A DNA stretch of 64,000 nucleotides, taken from assembly GCF_902713615.1 (NCBI RefSeq), contig NC_052151.1, positions 17,285,238 to 17,349,237 of the forward strand, given 5' to 3'. Source of the DNA: Scyliorhinus canicula (taxonomy: Eukaryota). Positions 52,632 to 63,577 of this stretch are shown here, one piece after another. The first letter of the stretch is position 1. Each line of letters opens with the position of its first letter. A program made the translations under genes and the position numbers. The notes under the pieces were generated by a model. The model was not told where the DNA came from, did not search any database, and saw only the letters and a program-made list of their open reading frames with translations.

Positions 52632-52860
52632 GAGTGACTGTCTGTGCGGAGTCTGCATGTTCTCCGTGGGTCTCCTCCGGATGCTCCGGTTTCCTCCCAC
52701 AAGTCCAGAAAGGCATGCAGTTAGGTGAATCGGACATTCTCAAATCTCCCTCTGTGTACCCGAACAGGCACCAGAGTGTGGAGACCAGGGGCTTCTTACA
52801 GTAACTTCATTGCAGTGTTAATGTAAGCCTACTTGTGACATTAATAAAGATTATCATTAT
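52632..52860 (+). mobile_element. SINE family B, 5' truncated
   Basis: V-core plus GCCTACTTGTGACATTAATAAAGATT tail. Confidence 0.8.
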
Positions 52861-53744
52861 ATTCATTCACTGAAGCACCAGGAAGCTCGTCATTCATTTT
52901 CTTTGATATTGGGTTTTTTGTGCTGCTTATCCTATCCCCATCTAAGTTATATAACTGTTTTGAGTAGATAACGGTGCTCTCTCATGAACTTTGTCAACAT
53001 GTGGGAACTATAATACAGGTTAAATATCTGGACTGGCAGTACGTTGCAGGGTAGGAATTGTAAAACTTTAAACAAGAGGGTACCTTGAGCTGATGGGCAG
53101 CAGAAAAAGGATAAAAGCAGTGACTTTTAGCTACTATTCGAAGGTGTTTATTTCTCCCTCTGATTTGAGTCACGAATGTGAAACAATCAGTGTTACAGCA
53201 CAAGCAATTTGGATCAGGTTTGCATTGGCATTTTCTCCCACATGAACTACCTAATGCTCAATCTCTACACTGCAATATTCCTCTTTTACAGGCAACTACC
53301 TAATCATAGTGAGAGTTTGTGGACTGTTCCGACAAGGGTTTGGGAGTCTTTTGGACTTGATTGGAATTTATACAGGATGGATTTCAAAGATATTGAGTGT
53401 TATGTAGGTGAAGATTAACAGCAAAATAACAATAGCTAGACAGACTTTATCATTAGCCAGTAATTTCTGTTGGAACGGTGAAAGCATGAATTGGAGGGGA
53501 GGAGAAAAGAGAGAAATGGCTTCTTGGGTTGGGCCTCAGAAGACTATCAACAACCAAAGTAACTGTACTGCAATATTAACTTGTGGCAACCGAGATGAAT
53601 GAAAAACTCTTTCAGGATCTGAATATTAAGTATTTATTGAAAGTATGGTACTATTTATCCAACATCGGAGATGCACAATTTAAGAGCCATTATTGTGTGA
53701 AGAATGAGCAGGATTGTAATTCAGAAAGTACTGACATATCTTGG

Positions 53745-54960
53745 ATGAATTTTTAAAAATGCTCATGAAAATAACTTTTATAATAGTGTGGTGGTTTGCT
53801 CGGGAAAATTTCAAGGCTAGGTAAGGACCCAAAGGGATATAGTCACATACAGAAATAATGGCAAATGTTATGCTACTATTCAAGAAAGGAGAATGGGATA
53901 AGCCAGAAAACAACAAGCCAGTCAGCCTAAAATCAGTGATGGGGAAGTTATTGGAAATCAATATCAGAGAGAAAATAAACTTTCATTTGAAAGACAATCA
54001 AGGAATACCAGCACGGATTTATAAACAGTAGATCAGGTCTTGATTGAACATGGAAGGTTGATCAAGGTAGATGCTGTATATAAACTTTCATCAGGCATTT
54101 CACAAAATGTCATACAGAAAGCTTATTAAAGTGGAAGCCAATGGAACGAAGGGTAAAGTGACAGGATACAAAATTAACTCAGTGGCAGGAAGCAAAAAGA
54201 GAGGATGAATGTTTTTCAGGCTGGGAGGTGGCTTGCAACAGTGTTCCCCAAAAGCCTAGAGTCTGGTGTCTATACACAGCATTAAAATTTGCATATGTTA
54301 CCAAAATTGGCAATGCAGGAAACAGTAACGAGGATAGATACAGACTTCAGAACGACAGTACGGTGAAATGAGCAGAAGCATGGCAAATGGAGTCCAATGT
54401 GGAGATTCATGAAATGGTGCATTTTAGGACTAACATGGAAAGACAACAAACAAAAATGGCATGATTTTTAAAAGAACAAAAATGCCCATAAACATAAATC
54501 TTTAAAGGTAGTCAAATAAACTAAGGTGGCTAATGAAAAAGTGCATGGTTTAGGGAACTTGGGTTATAAATAGAAGAACAGAAGACCAAAACAAACATCA
54601 TATTAGAGATCATACTAGAATTTTACAAACCATTGGTTTTGTCACTTTCTTTATTAGAAAAGGTACAAAGGACGTTTACGAGGTTTTTCAGTTATGAAGA
54701 GAGATGGAAGAGCGAGGATTGTACTCCTCAGAAGGTTAAGAGGTAACCTAACAGAATATTCAAGATGAGGAGAGGTTTTGATAGAATAGGTGGAGGAAAA
54801 TGAAATACCTCTAGCACATTGGTCAGTGACTAGAGATCATGAAGTCAAATCATTGGAAAAAGATCGGAGGGGAGACGGGGAAGAAACTACCCAGAAAGCT
54901 GCTTGAAGTGGATTTCTGAAATTATTTTAAAAGCGAGTTGAGCAGTTAGAGGGCAAGGGA
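53745..54960 (+). mobile_element. Old CR1 RT remnant
   Basis: ANVMLLFKKGEWDKPENNKPVSLKSVMGKLLE; WQME. Confidence 0.7.
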
Positions 54961-55206
54961 CTTAGGGGGGCTATAGAACCAGCCTTCCAGTCACAAAGCA
55001 CCCTTTAAACATTTCTCTTTCCTTCCTGTAACAGAGCCAATTGTGGATGAAACTTGCCACTTTCCCTTGGACCCAGTGAATGTTTCATTTTTCTGACAGA
55101 TATGCCATGTGGGACCTTGATGAAGGCCTTGCTAAAAATGACTACATCAAATATGCTACCTTTATTGGCCCTCCTTGTTACCTCCTCAGAACGTAAAATG
55201 GCATTG

Positions 55207-55500
55207 GACGGCACGGTGGTGCAGTGGTTAGCACTGCTGCCTCATGGGCACCGAGGACCCGGGTTTGATCGCGGCCCACTGTCTGTGTGGCGTTTGCACA
55301 TTCTCCCCATGTCCGCAAGAGTTTCCTCCCACAGTCCAAACATGTGCAGGTTAGGTGGATTGGCCATGCTAAATTGCACCTCAGTGGGTTATGGGGATGG
55401 GGCAACGGTGTGGGCCCAAGTTGGGCGGTCTTTGAGGGGGTCATTGCCGACTCAATGGGCCAAATGGCCTTCTTCTGTACTGTAAGGATTCTATGATTTC
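55207..55500 (+). mobile_element. HE1-like SINE
   Basis: GGCACGGTGGTGCAGTGGTTAGCAC head; tail GATTCTATGATT. Confidence 0.85.
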
Positions 55501-55904
55501 ATGATTTATTCACGGTTAAGGATGCTAAACACCTGAATATTTCCTCACCCAGTATTTCACATGCCTCCTACAATATCTGTTGTTTCAATCTCTTTTGTAA
55601 AAACAGATGCAAAGTATTCATTAAGAATCATGCCCACATCTTCTGCCACCCGACACAAGTTACCTCTTTGTCTCCAATTGGCCTTCCTCTTTCCTTACTT
55701 ATCCTCTTACTTTTTATTTATTTACAAATCATACCTGGGCTTTTCTTGATTTTACTTGCCAATATTTTTTCATGTCTTCTCTTTGTCTTCCTAATTTCTG
55801 TTTTCATTTCAACACTGCACTTTCTATACTCCAAGCTTTCTGTAGTGTTGAGTTCTGAACATCTAATATAAGCTTTCTTTTTTATGTCTTACTCTGCTCT
55901 GTAC

Positions 55905-56889
55905 TGTAGCCACCTAAGATGGACACTGGGCTACAAAATGGAGAACCGCTAAGGCTGCAGGGAGAAAACAGTCTTAGCAAGGACAAGCAGTTTGCAGAAG
56001 GATAATTAGCATTCTGCACGTACAGAAACCAGTTTGTGGCCAGGTGCAGAATCTCAGCCAAAGGTGTAAATGGCAACAACGATTTACATAGTAATGGGGT
56101 GATCCAGATCCAGGCCCACACGATAGAAACATTTAGGTATGAATGGATACTTTTGAGTAGACGCCCAGACAAAACGGCACCATAAGTATCCATCACAAAG
56201 CACCATAGAGACCGCCCCACCCATCGAGAAGCGACCCTCAGATTGGGGGGTTTTGAAAATATCGTTTGGGAGAAGGCCCGATATACAGCAGGTAGAGACC
56301 GCCCCGAAGAGGCACGGACTTTGGGGGACCTATAAAAGTAGACCCCGCACATGGCCCGGTCTGTTGTTTTTGGCTCCGGCTCTCTGCTGTTTTCATCGCT
56401 TTGCTGATACATCGCATCCTGACTCCAGTTCCATCACCAGCCGTTGAGCCACCAGCCATCGAACTGTAAGTGTCACCACAACGATCGCTACGTGATCCAG
56501 ACTTTACTAGACCCTGACGATTATAAGACCCTGAGAGTTGCAGACCAAGAACGGGACGAAGGCCTCGCTCCCTGACCTTGCCTGTTCCTGTCTAGATAAG
56601 TATTTTAGTCGTTTAGTTTAGAAGTAACTTAGTCTCTTTAGCGTATGCATGTGTATTTATTATATTGGTTATAATAAACACAATCGTTTGAACTTACTAA
56701 TCGGTGTACAGATTTATTACTTTGAACCTGACCTTGATGTACTTGTGAGGTGTCTAAATACGGCACCTGGCGACTCCCGAGCAGAATTATATACACAGAG
56801 CTGTAGTAGTGTTAAGCACACGGCCTTTAAACGGAGGCGTGTTAATACACTCCAATAAAACACGTAACACTCAAGTAAAACGTGCAACA
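55905..56889 (+). mobile_element. Young solo LTR (985 bp; Gypsy or ERV1-type)
   Basis: TGTAGC...GCAACA ends; 4-bp TSD GTAC; TATAAAA at 56331; AATAAA at 56673 and 56854; duplicated TAGAGACCGCCCC; CpG-rich. Confidence 0.9.
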
Positions 56890-57254
56890 GTACGTTTTGG
56901 GATGTCGTCAAGGCGATGGGGGTGAGTGGGGGGGAAAGAGAGAGAAGAGGGGCGGACACCATCTAAATTGGAAAGTCTCGCCATTTTTCTTTATGGAAAC
57001 ATATTTGTTCTGAATACTCTTTAGTTCATCCTCGAATACCTCCAACTGCTCCAGCATGGATTTACTTTCAGTTGCTGTTTCCAGTACATTTTCGCTAAAT
57101 CACTTCTCAGCTTAGTAAAACTGGCCTCCCCCGCCCGCCCTTCCCCCCCCACCCCAACTTAAAACTTTTAGTCCTGAGCTTTCTTTAACCTTTTCCATAA
57201 CTACTTTAAGTCTAACTGAATCAGGTTTCAGGGCTGGATGTTGGTCACATGATC

Positions 57255-57695
57255 AGGGAAACACCCTTGCATTTTTTTTGAATAATGCCATGGGATCTTT
57301 TACATTGACTTGAGTCGGTAGATGGGATCTTTGTTTAATTCCTCACCTAGAAAGACGGGACCTCCTCAGAACCTAAAATGGCATCGGGTGGCACGGCGAC
57401 GCAGAAGACCCGGGTTCAATCCCGGCACCGGGTCACTGTCCGTGTGAAGTTTACACATTCTCCCTGTGTCAGTGTGGGTCTCGCCCCCACAAACACAAAG
57501 AAATTGGTGCAGGATAGGTAGATTGGCCATGTTAAATTGCCCCTTAATTGGAAAAAAAAGAATTGGGTACTTGAAATTTATAGAAAGAAAACTAAAATGG
57601 CATTCCAGTGCAGTAATGTGCTCAAGCCGAGTAGATTTTGAAGCCACACACTTGAGTCAGGAGCAAGATTACTTCCACTGAGCCATCACTGACAC
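57255..57695 (-). mobile_element. DeuSINE-like SINE with nested HE1 short SINE (57385-57580, +)
   Basis: AATAATGCCATGGGATCTTTTAC Deu core; CCACTGAGCCATCACTGACAC head; CTAAAATGGCAT duplicated around the nested SINE. Confidence 0.65.
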
Positions 57696-57729
57696 CCAAG
57701 TCACCACTGCACTAACATAACGTGACATT

Positions 57730-58240
57730 TCAACACAGTGCTATATGGAGGAGAGTTGCATCATTGAAGAAGTCATCTTTAATCCCCTTACTTTGTCTTC
57801 TTAGGCATATGTAAAATATCTTAGTGTGTGGTTTTAAAAGATACAACTTTTCCTAGTGCCCTGGCCAGTATTTATCCTTCAAACAACACTGTCATAACAG
57901 ATTATCTGGACATTAATCTCAATCCTGTTTATGGGATTCTGCTGGGTAGATTTTGGCTGCATCTTCGCCTAGATTACATAATCAAAACAAATTATTGTCA
58001 ATAAAGCACTTTGGGAAGTCTTTGGGATACAAAAAGTATCGCTTCTCGGTTTTTTGGCGAAGATGAACGCGAGGTCAGGTGTAAGGCCTGGATCTGGGTT
58101 TTCTTTCTTGTTGGATTCAATTTGAATTGGTTTTTGGGAGTAGGCAGGGATTAGGGCTTTGCCCTGTCCACACTGAGCTCTGGCTTTGTAATTCCGATAA
58201 AGTTTTAAAAAAAGGTGTCACGCAATGCAAGCTTTTCTTT
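57730..58240 (+). mobile_element. DeuSINE-like SINE whose tail is interrupted by the U2-headed element
   Basis: CCCTGGCCAGTATTTATCCTTCAAACAAC; AAAGCACTTTGGGA...AATGCAAGCTTTTCTTT. Confidence 0.6.
58038..58213 (+). pseudogene. U2 snRNA 5'-end-derived chimeric retrocopy / candidate SINEU-like element
   Basis: ATCGCTTCTCGGTTTTTTGGCGAAGATGAA matches 26/30 nt of the U2 5' end; ~140-nt non-U2 body; A-rich end. Confidence 0.65.
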
Positions 58241-58789
58241 ATATGATGCCCTGTTTTAGTTTAGCAATACTGAAGGTACAACTGACCACACATTTGTTCA
58301 AAGATCTGCCAGCTAAATTCAATGTAAACAGGACAAAAGTTTAATATACAGTAATTCCTTTAAAATTATAAGTTACTGCTAATTTCTGCATCTGCTTTCT
58401 TAGATCATGATTCAGCAACTTGAGGAATAAGAATAAAAACCTGCAAAATAAAGTATCAAACTGGCTATCAGAGTTTGCAGTGGTGCAGCATGGTACCCTG
58501 CCAGTTTACTGTTTTCCATTACAAAGGTACTGGTTGTGCCTCCTCATTTCCAAAAAGGCATTCTATACAATGTTTAAAGAATAAGTCACAGCTCCAGGCT
58601 TCTTTTTTATAAAATCAAATGATTTTAGTTCTAGCCTCGAGCAAATTCCTGATTTTAATTGCTCCACCATCGGCGTCTGCGCTTCAGCTGCCCATGGCTT
58701 CCTTCTATGCTGGAACTATTCTATGATTCCAAGCTCCAAATCCTTGGACTGCCTTCCCACACTTCTCCACACCTGTCTCAGCAGCACGT

Positions 58790-59110
58790 GGGCAGCACGG
58801 TAGCACATTTGCTTCACAGCTCCAGGGTCCCAGGTTCGATTCCCGCTTGGGACGCTGTCTGTGCGGAGTTTGCACATTCTCCCCGTGTGCGCAGGGGTTT
58901 CCTCCGGGTGCTCCGGTTTCCTCCCACAGTACGAAGAGGTGCAGGTTATGTGGATTAGCCATGATTAATTGCCCTTAGTGTCCAAAAAGGTTAGGTGGTT
59001 ACTGTGTTACGGGGATAGGATGGAGGCCGGGTCTTAAGTAGGGTGCTCTTTCCAAGGGCCGGTGCAGACTCAATGGGCCGAATGGCCTCCTTCTGCACTG
59101 CAAATCTTAT
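58790..59110 (+). mobile_element. HE1-like SINE
   Basis: Head, V-core and tail present. Confidence 0.88.
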
Positions 59111-59414
59111 GATTCTTCCTTTAAGGTGTTCCTGCAAATGTACATATTTGATCAAACCTTTCCTCATCTTTACTAGTATGTGGTCCGGTGCCAAATTTTG
59201 CTTGATAACACTCTGGTGACATTTCACTATGTTAAAGATACTATTTAGATGCAAGCTGTTCTTCATTCATCGTTAACTTTTAGATACCACCCAGGAAGAG
59301 GAGAATTCAATACGTTTCTGAAGTAGTGCTCAAGGGGGCCAAATTAACATCAATGATTATCCAGTCATAATCCAGAGGGGCCTTGAGAATCTATGTAAGG
59401 GTGTATGTTAGAGA

Positions 59415-59545
59415 GGTGTCCCTACACCTCAGGGACTACAGCGGCTCAGGAAGGCAACTCACCACCACCTTCTGAAGGGCAACTAGGGACGGGCAATAAA
59501 TGCTGCCCTAACCAGTGACAGCCACATCCTTAAAATGAATTTTAC
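59415..59545 (+). mobile_element. LINE-B 3' tail
   Basis: GGGACTACAGCGGCTCAGGAAGGC...GGGCAATAAATGCTG. Confidence 0.7.
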
Positions 59546-59729
59546 AAAAAGGTGGAAGGGAAGGCATTAGGTTAAGTAAACTTTCCAAGTAATCAATCCT
59601 TTTAGCGTCTAGGGAAGACAATGGCACAAGTGATGGTGAGAGGCAGAGGCGGCAATGTTACGGAGGTAAACATAGGTAGATGGAGCTGAAACATGTTCGG
59701 AAACTCAGCTTGAGGACAGATAGGAAACA

Positions 59730-60740
59730 CAGAATTCTAAGTGCAGGAGGAGGCCAGTCAGCCTATCGTGTCTGCATTAGCTCTCCGAATGAGAACTTCA
59801 CCTAGTGCCATTCTCCTGTGTTCTTCCCGCAACCTTGTGTACTTTTCAAATAATAATCTTATGCCCATTTCAATGCCTCTATTGAACCTGCCTCCATCAC
59901 ACTCTCAGGCGGTGCATTCCAGACCCTAATGACTTGCTGTGTAAAAAAATGTTTCCCCTCATTTCACTTCTGCTTCTTTTGACAATTACTCCAAATCTAC
60001 ACCCACTTGTTCTTGATCAGTTCACGAGTGGAAACAGTTTCCATCTATTTACTGTGCCCTGGCCCCTCATGAACTTGAACACCTCTATCAAATCTCCTCT
60101 CAGCATTCGGAGAGACCTAACTGCTCCAATCTTACTTCATAATTGAAGTTCCTCATCCCTGGAACTACTCTCATGAATATTTTCTGCACACTCTCCAATG
60201 CCTTTTCTTCCGTTCTAAAATGCAGTGCCTAAAACTGTACACTATATTCCAGCTAGGGTCTATAAAAGTTCAACTTGCTCTTGTACTCTATGCCCCTATT
60301 AATAAAGCCGAGGATACCGTATGTGTTATTTACTGCTCTCTCCACCTGCCCTGCCAACTTTAATGATTCATGCACATGTACACCCAGCTCCCACTACTGC
60401 GGCACTCCCTTTATATTATACTGTCTCTCCTTGTTCTCCCTACCAAAATGCAGCACCTCACATTTCTCTGCATTGAATTTCATCTGCCACCTATTCGTCA
60501 TTTCACCAACTTGTCTATGCCCTTTTGAAGTTCTACACTGCCCTATTCACAGTTCAGAATGCTTCCAAACTTTGCATCATTCCTAAATTTTGAAATTGTT
60601 CCCTGCACAAAGTCTAGGTCTTAACATATACCAGGAAATCATGAGTTCCAATACCAACCACTGGGAAACTCCACTATAAACTTTCCTCCAACTCCCAAAA
60701 AATCTATTAACCATTACTTTCTGATGCCATTGAAAAAAAT
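59730..60740 (-). mobile_element. Old CR1 remnant
   Basis: Minus-strand QMKFNAEKCEV, YGILGFINRGIEYKS. Confidence 0.7.
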
Positions 60741-60741
60741 A

Positions 60742-60925
60742 TGAAATGAAATGAAAAGAAAATCGCTTATTGTCACAAGTAGGCTTCAAATGAAGTTACT
60801 GTGAAAAGCCCCGAGTCGCCACATTCCGGCGCCTGTTCGGGGAGGCTGGTACAGGAATTGAACCGTGCTGCTGGCCTGCCTTGGTCTGCTTTCAAAGCCA
60901 GCGATTTAGCCTGGTGTTAAACCAG
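60742..60925 (-). mobile_element. SINE family C
   Basis: Full copy. Confidence 0.9.
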
Positions 60926-60949
60926 GTGCAAAAACATGAGAATTCTATG

Positions 60950-61118
60950 CTCACTGGGCTAAATCGCTGGCTTTTAAAGCAGACCAAGCAGGCCAGCAGC
61001 ACGGTTTGATTCCCGTACCAGCCTCCCCGAACAGGGGACGGAATGTGGCGACTAGGGGCTTTTCACAGTAACTTCATTGAAGCCTACTCGTGACAATAAG
61101 CGATTTTCATTTCATTCA
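60950..61118 (+). mobile_element. SINE family C
   Basis: Head-to-head with the previous copy. Confidence 0.9.
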
Positions 61119-61590
61119 TTCATATTTCAACAAACTAATTAAGTTAGTTTAATTTGTAACAAACAACTTTAGCAATGAGTTTTTTTAAAGGAATTTTGAT
61201 CCTAGACTTCAGTGTTCAAATATTATGCTAGTTACATGTTTAACTATGTTTGAGGCAAGCACCTTCACAGCTAGCTAGTTGTATTGGTGCATTAGCTTCC
61301 ATATTCACATGAGCCACAAATTTATGCTAGCACCCAAAAGTAATAGTTATCCATTCAGTCCCATCGGTAAAAATAGTCGTTATTCTGATCTGGTTACATT
61401 ATTCCCCTCCAATCTAACAACATAGCTGCTATCTTATTCGACCCCAAGCTGATCTTCCAACCCCTAATCATCATCACATAGAGGCTGCCTATGTAACACT
61501 GTCTGCCCAGTTACTTGTTGACACACACCACTGTTATCCCCAGATTCAACATTCCAAATGCTCTTCTCACCAACCTCCCATCACAAATTT

Positions 61591-62815
61591 GATTGAATTC
61601 TTTCAGGAGGTTACTAAGTGTGTAGATGAAGGTAGAACAGTTGATGTCGTACACATGGATTTTAGTAAGGCATTTGATAAGGTTCTCCATGGTCGGCTCA
61701 TGAAGAAAGTAAGGAGGTGTGGGAAAGAGCGAAATTTGGCCAATTGGGATAAGTAACTGGCTATCACATAGAAGACAGAGAGTGGTGGTAGATGGAAAAT
61801 TTTCAGACTGGAGACCAGTTACCAGCGGTGTACCACAGGGTGCTGGGTCCTCTGCTATTTGTAATTTTTGTAATCAATGACTTGGAGGAGGGGGCTGAAG
61901 GGCGGGTCAGGAAATTTGCTGATGACACCAAGATTGATGGAGTAGTGGAGGGCTGTTGTAGGCTGCAAAGAGACATTGATAGGATGCAGAGCTGGGCCGA
62001 AAAATGGCAGATGGAGTTTAACCCTGATAAGTGCGAGGTGATTCATTTTGGTAGAAGAAATTTGAATGTGGATTACAGGGTCAACGGCAGGGTTCTGAGG
62101 AATGTGAAGGAACAGAGAGATCTTGGGGTTCATGTCCACAGATCTCTGAAGGTTGCCACTCAACTGGATAGAGCCGTGAAGGCGGCCAAAAGTGTGTTAG
62201 CGTTTATTAACAGGGGGGCTTGAGTTTAAGAGCTGCGGGGTTATGCTGCAACTGTACATGACCCTGGTGAGACCACATTTGGAGTAGTGTGTGCAGTTCT
62301 GGTCACCTCATTATAGGAAGGATGTGGAAGCATTGGAAAGGATACAAAGGAGATTTACAAGGATGCTGCCTGGTTTGCAGGATAGGATAGGTCTTATAAG
62401 GAAAGGTTGAGGGAGCTAGGGCTTTTCTCATGGAGCGGAGGAGTACGAGAGATGACTTAATAGAGGTTTATAAGATGATGAGGGGGGAATAGATAGAGTG
62501 GACGTTCAGAGAGACTATTTCCTCGGGTGGAGGTAGCTGTTACAAGGGGGCATAACTACAAGATTCAGGGTGGGAGATATAGGAGGGATGTCCGAGGTAG
62601 GTTCTTTACTCAGAGTGTGGTTAGGGTGTGGAATGGATTGCCTGCTGTGATAGTGGAGTCGGACACTTTAGGAACTTTCAAGCGGTTATTGGATAGGCAC
62701 ATGGAGCACACCAGAATAACAGGGAGTGGGATAGCTTGATTTGGTTTCGGACAATGCTCGGCACAACATCGAGGGCCGAAGGGCCTGTTCTGTGCTGTAC
62801 TGTTCTATGTTCTAT
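61591..62815 (+). mobile_element. 5'-truncated HER1/CR1 LINE copy 2
   Basis: Highly similar to 36185-37379; AAATTT TSD at 61585-61590 / 62816-62821; inserted in an L2-like relic. Confidence 0.92.
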
Positions 62816-63109
62816 AAATTTTAGCCGAACTGAAGCTTTGCTGTCCAGCTAATTGGCACAAAGTCCTTCTGACTCATCCCTACACCCTGGTCTTCCACTG
62901 TTTCAAATTTAAAACTTTAATTATTTGTGTCGGCATACCACATCTGAACAACCTTCAATGTCAAATCAGTCAACTCCCTCCACTCCCCACACAACCTACA
63001 ACTCCCCTCTTGTATATTCACCCTCCCTTTGATCCAGGGCTTTCAGCCATCTCAGTCGCTCCCTCTGCAATTTCCTCCTGAAATTCCTTCAACGCCCTTT
63101 TTGACTTTA

Positions 63110-63445
63110 TGGGCGGCAGGGTAGCACTTTTGCTTCATAGCTCCATGGTCCCAGGTTCAATTCCTGGATTGGGTCAGTCTGTGCAGAGTTTGCACGTTCT
63201 CCCAGTGTCTGCGTGGGTTTCCTCCGGGTGCTCCGGTTTCCTCCCACAGTCCAAAGATGCACAGGTTAGGTGGATTGGCCATTCTAAATTGCTCTTAGTT
63301 TCCAAAAAAAGGTTAGGTGGGGTCACTGGGTTATGGGGATAGGGTGGAGGTGTGGGCGTAAGTGGGGTGCCCTTTCCAACTGTGGGTGCAGACTTGATGG
63401 GCCGAATGACATTCTTCTGCACTGAAAGTTCTATAATTCTATGAC
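63110..63445 (+). mobile_element. HE1-like SINE
   Basis: Head, V-core and tail present. Confidence 0.88.
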
Positions 63446-63577
63446 TATAACACCCACATGTATTGAAGCATTTTGTCACGTCTCTTTTTAATCTCATGCG
63501 CTGGACAAATTTTATTTTTCTTTGCTGTGCCTAAAGGGGTCTTTAATTGAACGATATAAAATACTAGTTGTATATTT

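Larger units (their letters stand above)
46367..52637 (+). mobile_element. Decayed two-LTR retroelement/ERV filled with younger insertions
   Basis: 46371-46466 is homologous to 52533-52637; PPT GAATGGGGGAGGG (52483-52495) lies just before TGTAG at 52497. Confidence 0.6.
54990..57220 (-). mobile_element. Old CR1 fragments hosting a SINE and the solo LTR
   Basis: EEVT...FSKAFIKVPHG; LNEYFASVFTKE. Confidence 0.6.

Noticed and set aside
55882-56412. 176-aa ORF
   Set aside because: Lies almost entirely antisense within a solo LTR, with no recognisable domain.
58038-58075. Functional U2 snRNA gene
   Set aside because: Only ~30 nt match; there is no intact branch-point recognition sequence, Sm site or 3' stems.
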